Assembly: GCA_002633005.1 (NCBI GenBank)
Contig: NMRA01000436.1
Span: 270,127-334,126 of the forward strand
Direction: 5' to 3'
Source of the DNA: Phoronis australis
Lineage: Eukaryota; Animalia; Phoronida
Length of the DNA: 64,000 nt
The stretch's first letter is position 1, and each line of letters starts with the position of its first letter. This document shows positions 1-15,600 of this stretch, piece by piece. Position numbers and translations under genes: made by a program. The notes beneath the pieces were generated by a model. That model saw only the letters and a list, made by a program, of their open reading frames with translations. It was not told the origin of the DNA and did not search any database.

Positions 1-3000
1 GGCAAATGTTTTGGCTTTTCATAACGAGTGAAATGTATATTAAATGTGAGACTAAAACAGGCGACTGAAACATAACGTATTGAAAACGCGCAAATCATCC
101 GAAAAAAAAACAGTCTTTGTCGTCACAACTATGGGGAAATGAACAGGGTCAATGAATGCATTCAACTGGACATTACGGGTCATCTGACCAATACAAAGAT
201 TCATGACTTTGTAGGTTTATCATTTTGAGATAGTAATCTTTGACAAACGGTTGTTTGACTTTAACCTGGGGCTGCAGAACGGACATCCTTAGGGAAGAGA
301 AAAACTACTTTTTTCTTGTAACTCGAATTCATGGGTTCTTGGAATAAGTTAGATATTTTTACTTTGCTCAAACACCGACAATAAAACGACATGATGTGTG
401 TGCACAGTTGTATGAATACGAGGATCTTCGGATTCCGCCAGACTTTTAACGTTTTGCCTGGTCTTTATTGCACTTGATAACTCGTTTAAAGTTGAGCTTC
501 TGCAATCAGTTCCGTGGAAGTCTACTCCCTACTTTACTACAGAAGTCACCCGTCACCTGAAGTTTGTGTTGCGTTAGATACATTTTCAGCGAAGAAAATG
601 TTAGTGACCATCGTTGATTTTAATTCTGTAACCAATTTACATTTATTATGCAGTTTACAGTTTTGTCAACTCAGAGTCCACAGTACTGTTGCTTAATGAC
701 TAGCTGACCTAACAATTTACCAACAACAGCGAGGTGTTTCCAGACTAATAAGTACATCCCTCGCTTTACGGATGTAACACCACTGTGTTTCGATTTGTCG
801 TCATCAATGATATGGTCGAGTAGTCTAGCGCATTGAGTGTTCAGTGGAGAGTTACGTACAGACTGAAAATAAGTAGCATTTATTGATAACTCGTGCAGGA
901 ATGGAATCCATTTTGCTTGTGTTGGACAATTCGGCGGTGCTCCACCTTAAACTCAAAGGTTAAGCATAGAATTTGTCTGATGAAACTGACATTGTTCACT
1001 GTTTAAAAATCAACTGTGTAACCTTGAATTCCAATGCATACACACAGACTTTTTAGTGTAGCGCATCACAACAAAAAGAGAGACGCTGAGCATGCGTAGC
1101 TCAGCCTCAGGATGTTGTGATATAATGGGTTCAGCCGACGAATGGAGATGGATCTAATTACAATGACGTCACTGTGTCTTTGCAGACATGCATATTGGCA
1201 ATATATGTCTAATAATTTTCGTCTGGTGGCGCAGCCCATCATTACTTAGCGTTGTGAAATTTTGCCAAGTATGTGGAACTTTTCTGCTGTCAGATATTCT
1301 CGCTTGCTTTAACTGTGTTTCGTAGTGAGAAAAAGAAAAATGTGCATGCTACATATATATATAATATGGGGGACAACTTAGTTTCGGAAGGTGTTGCGCT
1401 GTCTAGACGTCATTGAATATGTGTAAGGATAAATCAAACTTACACACGTGTATAACTTATGTCAGAGCGCACAACAACTTAGAGAGAAATAAGTCCAAAT
1501 TATGAAGAGTGGTATGCTTTTAGATTATGTTTTAATGGAAATGAGAAAAGTGAGTATTGGCATGTTATTTTTGCAATGCAGAGTTCAGTACCTATTACTT
1601 TCAGCCACAAACAGTTGTTACTTGGCATAACTTAACTATATGTAAGCGTATTAACTGGTGGCACAGCAGGCGAGCTTGTAACCAGGGCCTGAATATGATC
1701 ATGAGACCTTATTTGACCGTGGCGGTGTCCAAGATTTACGGTGAGATTGTTCGTTTGGGGTCTACAAGAGTACTGAGCTAGGCTAAATTGGTGGTGATCG
1801 AGAGGGGGTGGGCGAAGTGGGGTCAATAAGGATTGTTGGTGATCGGAAAGGCGCGAAACTAATTTCGTCTGAGAGGAAACTTTGTGTCTAGCACTTTGGT
1901 ACGGAAGGGTGTCGACATTTTTTTTTTCGCCCCAAACAAATGAAATTTTTGCGCTTGTGCTGTCGCCAGTTAGGTGCAATTAAACTCGTACAATCTAGTT
2001 GGAAAGTGGCCCTCGTATAACTACCGGACATCAACTTCTAATTTGCGACGAAATTGTGAAGGATATTGGGCGGACTAAAATTGAAATTGACAACCCGAGC
2101 ACATTAGCACCGCCATTACTGAATTTTTGTACTTTTGCTCAATGGCTATATCATATAATCGAACACATTGTGCCGCTATACGCCTGTATGCGCAGGGTCA
2201 GGAATCATTAAAAAATTATCTTTTTTTCAAAATACTTGCTGTATCTAGTGTACGTGTAATAAACTAGCTATTATTATTGAATCTACATCCGCGGATCGCA
2301 TGAACTGTCGATAAGCATAATGAAAACACTAATACACGCAAATTTGAGTATTAAATCATCATTTAAGTGAACAAACTCCCAGCAAATGCCTTAACTGTAT
2401 CCGCTCCTGCTAGCGGGCAAGTTAGGCGAGTTTGTGAAGGTCCAGCGTTTCATATCATCCTCGCACTTGGTGTTACGTGAATCTTCCGCCCATTTGGTTG
2501 ATTACTTATTTTCTCGGCGAACTCAGTCAATTAGCAAAAACTGTTAGGTGGGACCACACGATTTACATTTTTGCCACATGATGACCTAACAATTTCCATC
2601 CTTATTTGATCAGGGAATTATCTCGCTCGAATACCTTGTAATACCGAAGGGAGGTGTACGTTACGAGGGTACTGGAATCGTTTCAGAACACTCTTTGACT
2701 TGGCCTTTTGTTGTCGTTGCACAATACTCATTCTATACTTACTGTTTCTGTAATGTAATTCGTCATAATCTTCTAATACATTTGTGTACTGTGTAGAGAC
2801 GTTGCGTGAAACTGCATGTGCTTGTAAATATTACGTGTTATGATTTTTGCTTTACCTGAATAGCCACAAACTCTAAATTATGGCGATTTCTGGCCAACAC
2901 GCGTACGTGTTAACGTGCAATTATATTTTATAAGAATTGTCATTATCACCATGAGTTTTTCTATCTAACATGTTTATTGATTATTGAGTCACACGGCATT

Positions 3001-3689
3001 TTGAAGCGTACTGGTTCGTGTTGACCGAGTTAATTGTGGCTGCCACTGGGCTATAAGGTCAACATAAGCGAAACAAAAATATTTTTGTTGCGGTTGTAGG
3101 CCTACTGTTACCCCTCGCAGCCGCATTAACACAAACCAGCAGTGATCACTGAAGGGTTTTGTTGAAAGTTAGGCGAGCTTCATCAATCGTAATGGTAACT
3201 GTCATTGCCCTATATATTAAAAAGTGTTTTGACCCTTGTCGCTCACTTATAGTGACAAGAGGAACTACCTTTGACTCGTTTCTGTGTCATTTTGTCGCAA
3301 TTACGCATTCATTTCGTTCGAGATGAAACTGTGTGGCCTCCTGTGGGGATAAGTGTCCTCTTCCTTTATTCAACGACTTCGAGTCTCACTGTAGGACACT
3401 CTTAGTCATACACCCTTGAGTCAGGTCTCTCTAGTTCCTCAGGTTGCTTTTAACTGTAGAGTGTATATTCAGGATCAAGCGTAAAATGATTCCACACGAT
3501 CGGTGCCTGCGCACGTCGACGTGTACTAGACCCCAATTATAACAACTCGTTCTCAGCATCGTGTTTCTGCCTTCCGGTTTGCTGAGAAATGGATGTGACT
3601 AACGTGCAGTTGAACCCATATAGTGATATTTTTACTCACCCTGTAGGCCTAAAGTGAAAACACCACTTATGCTCTTGTTATTTTGTCAG

Positions 3690-6600
3690 GTCTTATCTGA
3701 TGTCGGTGTACTTCAAAATATTCGACGTATTGCTGGAGCGTCTGGAGGCGCTGTCGCTGGAGCCCTTCTCGCTGTTGGCTACAGTCCCACTGAAATACAG
3801 GACAAGTTCCAGCAAACGATGGGATACGTTTCGGGTAAAACAGAATACTTTAATATGTCAGTTGTACAATGAAACCGGTGCTTTCCATTGAAGGCAAATG
3901 TTAAGAGAGTAAATTCCCCCCACCCCCATGCAAATCGAAGGACATCCCGATGCCTACGTGTTAAAGCCAACTGCCGGTACCCACGGTCATCGGCTGTTAA
4001 ATTGCAAAAAATCTTTTTTTTTGATAGTTTTAGTGTCCGTGCAATTCATCCGTGCCTTGAGGTTATTCTTATAAAATGCAACGCTCACTCCACCGAACGT
4101 GATTACCAGTGGACGGCTATAGTAAAATATGGAAGAAAAAAGCAAACAAACCACCCAGATCCAATGAACACGCTTTTGGTCATACCGACATACCGCGTAG
4201 ACGCAACCCATCAAATACGTTTAAACTTAACGTGTTTTTTGCCATGCAATTTGTCATAATTTTAATATAATTCCCGTTTTCCGCGGCCTTTAAAACAAAC
4301 ATCGTTACTATAAATGCACTATCTGATAATATCATGAACCGCAGATGGCGATTACAGGAACGTGAAGACGAGGCTTAAGAGTTGTTTTCACTTCCGGTCA
4401 CCAACTGTTCATACACATGTCTGTTTTTGTCAAAAACATTTGAACACGTGACTTCACTTTGCTTGAAAAATTTGAGAGTGTCAGACACCCACAGCATTCA
4501 TTCGCTAGCGAAAAATTCTGTTGTATCTGTGTAGTTCCTAAGAAATTTTCATGAAATTTGGCAAACATTTTTCAATGACCTGTCCAACTCTCGTGGCGCA
4601 CACTAGTGGCAGTTGACTGTTACTCAGTATCCGTAAATTTCGTGCTGGAACTGCGGCATGTGTATGTGTTTCTGTTCGAGAGATTACAAGTGACGTTGAT
4701 TTTGAGACAAATCAGACTAACGTGGAGTCCCCTTTTGACAGTTTCTGTCATCTTTTCGTTTGAGTTTGTTGCTCCCAAAATCTTTGATGGATGTTCATGA
4801 AATGTCTCAAATGAGTTAGTATATGAATAGGGCACCACTTGGCGTTCCTGATGGATTTGATCTACATGTACGTTGTGTCCCTTATAATGACCTCTTAACA
4901 AAGTTTACTCTTTGTTGTTCACTTCCCTGCCTACCAAACTGGTAACAAAAAAGGTAGGTGTGAGGAGAGCACTCATTTCCTGATTTAATTTGCACTCCTT
5001 TGAGAATAAGTCAAATTTACTAGACATTTAATTTGCACTCCTTTGAGAATAAGTTAAATTTACTAGACATTGCCCATGTCATTGAGAATGTTGAGAGTTA
5101 GAATCATCCGTTGTATCTGCGCTGTGTTTGACGCACACTGACGGCGCATATCAAGACTACGCGTTTCACTTATTTCCGATTCTTATTGTCCATGCAGACG
5201 ATCATGAAGGGATAAGGACCAAATTCGTTGTTAAAATGTTGAAACTATTCCAATCCTAAATGAAATAAGATCCGTCAACTGAAACATTTTTCAGACGCCT
5301 CGTTTGGAGTTTTGTCTTTACTGCCCAACATTGTCAGGAGGTTTGGTTGGCATCCCGGGGACAAAGCATTAGCAGCTCTCGAGGATGCCATTGGTGAAAA
5401 GACCGGTGATAGAAAATTAACATTTTCTGAGGTGAGTTTAGTTAGATAAGTTAGTGATTTATGACTTGATAATACTTTATGAAGCTGACAGCGAAGCTAA
5501 GCAGCATGAACAACAGAGAAGTTTTTCTCTACGTTGAAATCAACTTTCTACACAAATACGTCCAAAATGAAGAAATGTGTAACGAATCCCATGTTGCAGA
5601 TTTTGCAATTTCTTAATGCTTTTTTCGACAAGGACACTGCTTTTCGGAGTTAACTTTGTTGACCGAGTACAAAGAACTGTGACGTCTTTGAAATTAATAC
5701 AGTAGAATCCTAATTGAATTGACCACTGAGATTGAGCCAGGGATTTGCCTACATCAGCGATAGCTATGTGAACTATTTCTTGTGTTGTTCAGAGTAAAGT
5801 TCTCTCTTTCATTCAAGAATTTTATGTTTGGGTTATTTTTGCAGCTGTACAGGACCCGTAACATAGAGTTATGTATCGTGGCAACAAATATTACAGCCAT
5901 GACCCCCGAGTACTTTCATCCAAAGACTACTCCGGATGTCACTATTGCCGAAGCAGTGCGCATGTCCATAAGTATACCCTGTACGCGATAATGGCGTGCT
6001 GCAATAGCGGAGTTGCAACGCTGCCATATTAGAAATGGGTCAGAATGTTGCATTGTGGTTAAGCCGGTAAACAAGTTCGTCGGCAAGCGTGGGGGCGAAC
6101 CGGCCACAAGGAGGTTATACGTGTTGTGTGCCTGGCTGCTATAATAACAGTTAGCGAGATCAAGAATTTAATTACTACCTGTTTCCCAAGGATCAAGAAC
6201 TGCGTTAAACATGGGCCAGACACATCGGTAGAGCTGGTAGCAAAGGCCGACTTAGTGAATTCTTTCCGACTTCTTAGCATAAAGTATGCATTTTGAGGGC
6301 CACAAGAAAACGTATCTTGGAAACTGCCCCACAGTATTTCCCTTGAAAGAAACAGTAAGAAATACGCCAGGACCTGAACCAAGCCAACATGAGTAATTTT
6401 GAGGATAATGCCCGGTCTGCACAATCACCTGTTCTGGGTCGACTCGCTTAACGTACGCACACTTATGCATTAACGCACTAAGATAAAGCGTGCAGAATAT
6501 TACTATTTACTTTCTACAAAATTGTGGTGCATTGCTATCAAAATTCGTTGTTAAATTACGATCATTTTTCAGAAAATTGTGCTGAAATCCCAGGGCGAAA

Positions 6601-9600
6601 TCTCGCCGACAAATGCGTAGGTGCCGGTCTCGCAATCGTCGACAGGGCTTGAATTCCTGAATAAGAATATAGCTTCGACTCAACAAATTACCTGAAATCC
6701 CACTCAAGTTTTCCAAATAGCGTCTCTAAGATTTTTAAGTTCGTGTGGAGTTTGGATTAACTGCAGATTAAGTCCAAATCTGCGCTAGATTGTAGCCCGC
6801 AACACGAGAAAATTTTTCTGGATGAACACACATGTTGTTGTCACGTGACAGTTGTTTTGAAGTTCGTATGCGTGTGTGTGTGTGAGTAAGCGTGCGTGTG
6901 CTTGTCATCAGAGTTCATTTGTCAGGGTTAATGCGATGTAATGATCTAGGTGTGCATTGTAACCAAAGAAATTAACTCAAGCAGTCAAGCAGAGCGTGTT
7001 CTAATATTTAGCTTAGCACTTGCTGGCCTCATCTGCTAAAAAACGTTCGATAATTGTTTCGGTAAGACCGATATGTCACTCAATGAATCGCCAGGTGAGT
7101 GGATGGGCGACCGAAGTGAGCTATTTTCCGGAAGATTTGGGGTGTAAGGGTGCGAATGTGTTCACTATTAGTGGGTCATTTTGACTTCAGAAACACCAAT
7201 TATGATTAGTTAAATATTTTCTTTTAAAAATATTGCAAAAGTTTTTTACGGTATTAGAAACTTTCGGAAATTAGTGCCAATATTTATTTCTTGCCGATGC
7301 TATGTTACCCGTTTCATGAATAGATAGTTCCCGACTAACTGTCTTCAATGACAGCTGGTACATTATGCAGCGCTTCTTGGCCGCGTGCTAACACTGGTCG
7401 ATTTTTTTTATTAAACTTCTATTCACGGTTTTCACGTGTACAAAAAATTGGATTCCTGTTGAGGCCGGAGAAGATCTGTACCGGAAAGAAACATTGCAAT
7501 CCCGCTGACAAGTACGCTGCGTCCAGACCCGCGTAATGGGGCACATCCTTCGCGAGAGCAGCAAAACTTATGCGTTCTTTTTGAATCGCGGCGTAAGTTT
7601 GAAGTGTATACGGACATAACGGTGGGGCTCGTGGTCTACAAATTCAGGACTGTCGGATCTTTCAACTGATAAATTGGAAACGTTAGAACTGTATAGGTAA
7701 GGCATTTTTCACATGAAGTTCATGGGCTGGGCGCTTACTTTAGCGAAGTCTGAAAACGCGTTGGGGCACTTATTGGGGCATGGGCGCTTTTTTGGGCGAA
7801 TAGCGGCAGAATTTTATACAGCAGCGTAGTTTAATGCACACGAATCACACGTTGTGCAAACCAAAGGCGGCCATTCCATATACCCTAATCAATCCCAATA
7901 GCCTTTCCGCACCCTAATTTTCGGACATGCGCAATCGCTAAATCGATTCGGTTGCAACTCCGCTATTATACCTTTTGCATGTTATATAACCATTTAATTA
8001 AGTGAAGTGGTCTTGCATCATTTTGTTTATAAGAGCAACATTTGCTTTAAAGCACAGGGTGTCCCATCGAAACAGGAACCTGGTGTACACCCTCAAACAC
8101 CTAACCAGACACCAAAACACTGACCCTGACCTTTAAAACAAGATTGCTGGGGATGGACCAGGGAACGCTGACAATTTTTCAATTTTCTGAAACCGTTGTC
8201 AGACGGTAGACTTAAACTTTCAGTTAAAGCACCTTCACGTACTTTCCAGTTCTTTTCTGCATTAATTTGTTAAACTGTCAACAATAAAACGTAACATATG
8301 TTATATTGACTTTGCTATTTGATTTTTATCGGTTAAACTCATCCAACTTGTCGGTGGGTGAATTTCAGCATAATCTATACTCTCCACACGGTGTTATCTC
8401 GGTGAATGTTTCTCCAAAAATATTTTCAAAATGAAAACAAAAAATATCATTTCGATGTTCGAGTGTCATTGTTGATCAATCTGATGTGATATGTACGCCA
8501 GCTCGTGGAAGAAGAACGGTTGATTGTAGAATTGGGGGAAATTAAACTGGGTGCCGAATGCAGACACAAAAGATTGCACTTTAGCAGCAGAATAACGCAG
8601 AACGCCAGTCTGTCACAAGTTGTCTAAAATTCTCACATCAAAACAGCTATTTAAAGAGGGAAGAATTATTTTTCACCAAACAATGTTTGTCAGGGTGTGC
8701 GGGAGTGGTGTTTCAGTCCCCAGATATCCTATCCGATCCCCTGAATTCTAGGAATTTCCTGTTATACGGGTAAAAGTCAGGGCTCGAGTTTTTCGTGCTG
8801 GTTAGCTGGTTCGAAGGTACGGGGCTGTGGTTTCGACTCCGGGATATCTTTATCTGATCGGTGCTAATTGCTTCCAAGAGATGATAAACAGATTTTTCTT
8901 TCTTGTTATTAGTTATTTGGTTTATTTCAACCCAACGTTATTTTGTTTATTTCAACCCAACGTGTACAATTCCACTAAAACAAATAGTGTCTGCCAGTGT
9001 TTCCAAACTTTGGTTTTCGGCCACTTTTCACTAATTCCACTCTAGACTTCCGGAATGTTCAAGATATTCTAATGTGAATAATTAAACAATGACTGGCCGG
9101 GTTAATCAACTATTAACTACCAGCATGTCATGTAGAACAAGACTATGAAACTAGCTAAATCCGTTGCAGTCTCCTTATTACACAATTAAGTATAAATTGA
9201 TACCACTTGCTTCTCACCGCAGGTTTTATGGCTCCCTATAAACTTCGTTCGGCGGATGGCACGGATAATTATTTCGTTGACGGTGGTGTATTGTGCAATT
9301 ATCCAATACACGTGTTTGATGGTTTGTATAACATATTCATTACTACCTGCATACTTGAAGAGAATACTTGAATTCCGTCTGCATGAGTTACTTATCGTCT
9401 TATCCACAGAACCTTTTAGAAATGCTTATTTTGTAACTCAAAGAAGATGTTTCGCTTGCCTGTTATTCGCTGATTACAGAAATTTGGCATCTCGTCTGTG
9501 TGCGTTCGCTGTAACCATTGCCAATGAGTCCAATGTATATAATTCAAATTCTCGCAATTCAAACGCTGCACCATTGACGTGGCTATGGCGTTTCTTTCAG

Positions 9601-12600
9601 GTTGGTTTCTCTCTATGGATAGAAAAGACACGTTCTTCCAAAAACTCGGTGGTGACGAACCTCCATTTGGTACATATAATGACAAGACGTTAGGTTTGGT
9701 CGTGGTAAGACAGCTGTTGTAATTTAAATGACCATTATTTCAAGTAATGTTGTAGGCTTTTGATTAAAGACACTTTGTGTAGATCATATATAAATATTGT
9801 GGACAGGAACTTAGTTTTAGCAATGAAAATCTCAGTGAAAACTTCGGTCCAACCACTCAAATCTTTAACGAATTACATTAACCGTGCTATTCTTGTAAGA
9901 TGTATCTCAGAGGTTACTGCTCTGTAGCTGACGAATTGTGCCTGAGAAAGTTTCAATGATGGGCTGTGTTTATTTCCCCTGAACTGTATTGAACTTACTT
10001 CACTACTATTTGGTATACCAATGTGTCACCCTTCTGTGTTACTTTTGTTTTGTGCATGCAGCTAAGAACATCATGTGATACCACCACATACGTGTCTATC
10101 TATGTTGTGCCTGTTTTCAGTACGCTGCTGATGAGGTGGATGTCATGAAGTTATCAGTCCATGGCAGAACGGAAAAGGGGTTAAGGATTAAAAGACCCAG
10201 CACTAAATTATCAAGGTTGTATTCTTATTATTCTGCACGCTGAAAGTGTTGCTTGACGCCCGACCATCAGTTTAATTCATGAGTTTACAAAGTAAACTAA
10301 ACTATAGTCCCGAGTATTCACGAGCGGTTCACCTGCAGGTCAGATTGGTTAACTGAAAACTGACCAAATCACATCCGCATACACATGCATCAACGCATTC
10401 ACAAAATGAAAACCATGTACAATAAAAATGAAATGACATCAATCTGGAGCTTCAGTGTGCCATCATTTAGCCATGAAAGTGCCGTTTCCTTGTAAAACTG
10501 AAATCAGTGCCAAATGGTTGTTGTCAAATGGTAAATGGTTACTGTTATTTTGTGGTTTGTGTGAACCCTATCACACTACAGTCATCAGCCAATAAGATTC
10601 TCGGCGGAGCGCTATGCTAGAATAAAGACTACGTTAGAACTGCCCATAACCCTTGTACTTAAATTAAATGGCGCTAAGCTGATGAATGAGGTTCGTGGAC
10701 TAGTCTGAGTGAAAACGTGATAATCGTTGTGTTTTGAGGTTTTTTATGTCCCAACATTTGTAAGCTATATGTGTATATTGCCGTCATCTTTGTCCAGGCG
10801 TCCGGCTTCCGGCGTTCGCTCCTAATCCTCGTGTGCAGGATCTCCTTGAAAGTTGGACTACGGAGCTGGCAACGGATCGCGGCGTTTTGTGGATGGATCC
10901 GACTGCCGCTGTGCAGTTATCTTTTTTCGCAGAGACACGCGCGTCCGCGCGCAAACAAACACACACGTATATCAACATATATACATCATAGCTGTCATCT
11001 CCGTTCGGCGTCCGAAAACCGCAGATGAATAGCCTAAACCATTTGAAAGATGTTAGTCAGGGTTTCCCGGTGTGTTTCTTTCAAGAATGTGACTGCACGA
11101 TCGATTTAACTACCACTATTACCCCTAGTGGCAGTTTTATTTTTTAAGCTGCCCTCTCCATCTACCGATTTCGTCGGGGGGTTTTATGAAATTTGGGAAA
11201 TAGTGTCCAGTTATCATCGAACGGCGAATACTTCCCTGTTACTTCTGCGGAGTCCCCAAGTCGCAACTTAGTTTGATGCGTATGCTTCTATCTACCTGTA
11301 CCAGTTGTCGTCATGATTTTTGCTTGTCCTTGTTGAGTAGAGAACGAATGGCGATGATATCGGAAGGAGTCTGATAGCGGTGGCGTCCCCTAGTGCCAAT
11401 TTAGATTTTCTTCCCCTGTTCCTGATACATGTTCAATAAATTGCAAAACTTACTTTCTATGGATTAAACCAGGCTCCGACTCATTTTTCCGAGAGATTAT
11501 ACCTTATCGCGCCCCTTAGTCACCAGTTTTATTATTTTGTGCCTGGCGTATGTCATGATATCTGCAAATCTCTTGAAGAATCTTCGTAAATGTGAGGAGA
11601 TGCTACCTCATCGAGACAAATTAAATTTTTTGACTCTTTCTTAACATCTACCAAATTCTTTGATGGATAGTCATAGAATTTGGCACATGTGTTGTTACTG
11701 CAGACGCAATCATTCATATTGCCTGTGTATATTAGGTATTGTTCCTGTTGTACTCATTTTGAAGTACCCCCCCAGATTGTGAACTTGTCACGTGGTACTG
11801 ACATTTAAAAGCGTTTTACCCGCCAGTTCCATTCATTCGTATTTCGTATCTGTGTGCAGTGTATGCATCTCATTGGTTTCGTCGTCGAGATTGCAGGGTT
11901 TTCATGATGTAAGTAGTGTTCTTTTGCTTATCGTTATATTCTGGTTTGNGGATTAAACCAGGCTCCGACTCATTTTTCCGAGAGATTATACCTTATTGCG
12001 CCCCTTAGTCACCAGTTTTATTATTTTGTGCCTGGCGTATGTCCTGATATCTGCAAATCTCTTGAAGAATCTTCGTAAATGTGAGGAGATGCTACCTCAT
12101 CGAGACAAATTAAATTTTTTGACTCTTTCTTAACATCTACCAAATTCTTTGATGGATAGTCATAGAATTTGGCACATGTGTTACTATTGTTGGAAACATG
12201 GATGATGTTGATTTTTGGATGTATCTGTTAGTGCAGCGGTGCGCCCGAGTGACAAATCGCCATTGTGTTTGTCTTGATATCTACCAAGTTCTTCTATAAA
12301 ACTTTGGGAAATTTGTCCTATGCGTTCTTTATTATGGGAACCTGCAAAATACTGGAAATTATTGAAACAAATCAGCAGCCCTTAGATATCTTTACCGTTT
12401 GCAATGCACACAGTACGCCCACAGCAAAGCTCTGTCTTCCTAAATTGTTTCAGAAAATAAATTCTCGAGAATGTCGTGCTAAGTCGTAGAATAATGGCGA
12501 TGTGAAGTCCATACGCACTTGTAAAGAATGCCACAATCAAGGCGCAGTCGTTATAATTTTATTTGACTGTTTGAAGTCGACCCCTTTTTGCGTCTCTTAT

Positions 12601-15600
12601 CTTGCTCAAAACGCTAACCTGTTTTTTTTGTTGACTTCAACAGAGAAAGAGGAAAGAAAATTGATGAAGCAATGGCAAGAGTAGACCGGAAAGCAACAGT
12701 TCTCAGAGCTGCGCGTACGGTTATGGAGCAGTTCAGGAAGTACGACCGTGACGACAGCAGCACCATAAGTATGGATGAGCTTAATGACCTAATAACCAAG
12801 GTGCGTTGGGCTGATTGTTCTATAGTGATTATACCCACCGAAATGTTTTGGCGCTATGCAAGGTTGCCTTTAAACACACAAATGGGTGTGTGCATTATGA
12901 GCTGATTTGGACGTTTGTTGTAATTTATTGCTCAAAGAATGAATCTCTATGTTGACAAGTTTTCAGCTTGAACCAAACACAGAAGACGAACTTTTGGGGA
13001 ATGAACCAATTTATGCTTACTTTGCATAGGTGAACTTCCAAGCAATGGAATGTCCAAATGTTGCTTCGCTCTGTTAATCATTGAAAAACCAACGTCATCT
13101 TCATTTAGCAGTCCTGCGTGCTTTTCTCAGGACTGGAAACGAGTGTAGTGAAGAAAACATACGTCTCTTTCTAGAACAGGTCATCGCTGCGAAAACGCGC
13201 TTGTGGCCCTGTCGAATCCTTCAATGGGAAAGTGTACACAAACCACATGCTGTCACCCCTCTTCGTCCGCCAGGTGTCGGCTGCTGTTTTTAAATGCACT
13301 TGATGGGAAATTTCCTGACATTTGCTGTCAGAGATGGAACGACATGAACGAATTTTCAGACGGATCCGACCACCGCTGTGCCCCCTGGTGACAATTATAG
13401 GTTTTAACGTTTGTCCGATATTCGGAACTTTTCAGAATTCCTTGGGGGATTTTAATACAGTTTTGCAAATATGTTTATACTTCAAACTTTGTTCACGAAA
13501 ACTGTCGGGGTTTGCAATATTCCACATTGTCTAACAAGATAGCTTACACGCACCTTCATCCTCGGGGAACGTAAAATGTGAAATATATAACGTGAAAGGA
13601 AAAAATGTTGAACCACCTCAGTGGCGGATCTAGGATATCACAAGGGGGGGGCAACATTTTTGTACGGCTGTAAGCATTTGCGCAAACGGTTCTTAACAAA
13701 TTTGTTGTTAAAATAGTCTTCAAATGCCCAAAAGACCAAATGCGTTTTTCGTGTTGGCAATAATGACGGGATTGCTTTGACAAAGAGAGAATTATGAGTT
13801 TCTGAGTGATTCACTGAGGCTTCGATTAAAATTCACATCTTACCAGCAGTTTTTGTTTTTTCATCGTCACTCAGGCTCCATTTTCTTTAAAAATGAAGTA
13901 ATTTTTTTCATTGCACAGTGGAGCAGACGACGGAAACGGAGTCGTAGTGCGCAGCGCCACTGCCGGTCGCCTGGGATATCGCGGGAGGGCCTATACTTAG
14001 CCATAGTTTCGTTACGAATGCGCCGTGTTCCGAATTTGACACTTGAAACTGGATATGAGACCCCNCCTAAATCCGCCTATGCACCTTCAACTGCGTGTTT
14101 ACTCCTTATTCAGGTTAAAACTGAGGTTACAAAGCTTTCGCTCTAACAGAGTCTCCGGCCAAGCATGAAAAGTTCCCACAATTCATAGTCCTTTCATTCA
14201 CTGAGTCGCCATTATATTGAGTCAACAAGCTGTGTATAGCATAGAAAGAAGACGCGTAAAACGACGACAAAAACGTAGTTTTGATCATAAGGGAGTTGTA
14301 AGTCTACACACACGCGGTCGTTCATAATGTACGACGAATGCACCGAGTGGCCGCACGGCGTCTGTAGAGTGTCTGCCACTTTGTTTTAACGAACACTGCA
14401 AGTTGTGGAAAGTGATAAATCCTCACTCAAATTTATTCCTGACATCGATAATCTGACATTGCGCTGTTTCGATCTTCCTTTAACCACAGATTTCTATTCT
14501 CCATTTCGTAGTTGGTTTCTTAATATTTCAGTATCCCGTGTGGTTCATACAGTATGCTGTGTACCACAGTTCACTGTTGATCTACTGACTGGAGGCCTTC
14601 AAACCCGAATTAAACAATTAAAACCACGTTTCAGTGAAAATTAAGTTAATTACGCCCCTCAAGTTCAGCTGACATTGCAAATGATAGTTGAAATAATAAA
14701 CACGGCAATGCCATGTAATGATTATATCAACAAAAAACTAGTTTGCACTGAATAATTAATTGAAAACCTGGCTATTTTGACGAGCAGCGGCGTTTTCGGT
14801 CTTTTCTGGGCTCTAACAAATCGACTTAATTTGAAATTAGGAATATTTGCTCTCAATGACCGCTCGGTGGATTTCACTGAAATTTTCCGGCTTTAATAAT
14901 TATTCATCAATCTAAAAAATGCTTTAGTATTTTCATTTTCAACGCCTACTTTTCGCATACGGGAGGACTATTACGATTTCATTTTTCACAAAAGTACTAT
15001 TCGCTTTGCAAGTTCATTTTGGCAAAGAAATGAAACTTTATGTACATGTAAAATGTAAAATTTTTAAACGCGTTCTTGAGGTAAATCGTAAAGTTTCGTT
15101 TTAAAAAGTGTTTCATTTAAATCAACTGAGGGGTTATATTGCTGTAGATGTAGTTTTACTGAAATGAAATTTTGATTTAAAAATGGAAACGGAATAATAA
15201 TAACAATGCATGTAGATACAAAATATATATTTATAATTCCTGATATTTTTTCTTTCAGAAAATATATATGTTGACAAGTTGGCGTAGATTGCTTTTTGTC
15301 ATGAGTTAAAACGGAGATCACTTTCAAATAGTTCTGAGGTAACCTGAAGGAGGCGCTACCGCCTTCTCGTGTTCAGATGGAATTAAGTATTTTGTGCCTC
15401 CTAATGACCGTGTTTACTGATTTCAAATCTGTTTTTTGACGTCCGGCCAAACCACTCTAAGAATAATTGTGGAAATTGGAATATGTGTTGCTACTGGGAG
15501 GAGGTCGGGCGCTGATGATATTTGGACGTCTCCACCTAATGTGGCGCCTAATATAGCAGCAGTTTATATGTTATCGAATATTTATACAAAGTACATGTAT

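Noticed and set aside
1186-1268. Candidate first coding exon of the patatin gene (MHIGNICLIIF...FCQ|gtatgt)
   Set aside because: The splice phase fits, but it lacks the GGGxxG oxyanion motif expected immediately upstream of the exon at 3690. It cannot be supported without transcript data.
11460-12182. Real tandem duplication of ~230 bp
   Set aside because: The second copy starts right at the N at 11949, so it is most likely a contig-join or haplotype artefact within a repeat.
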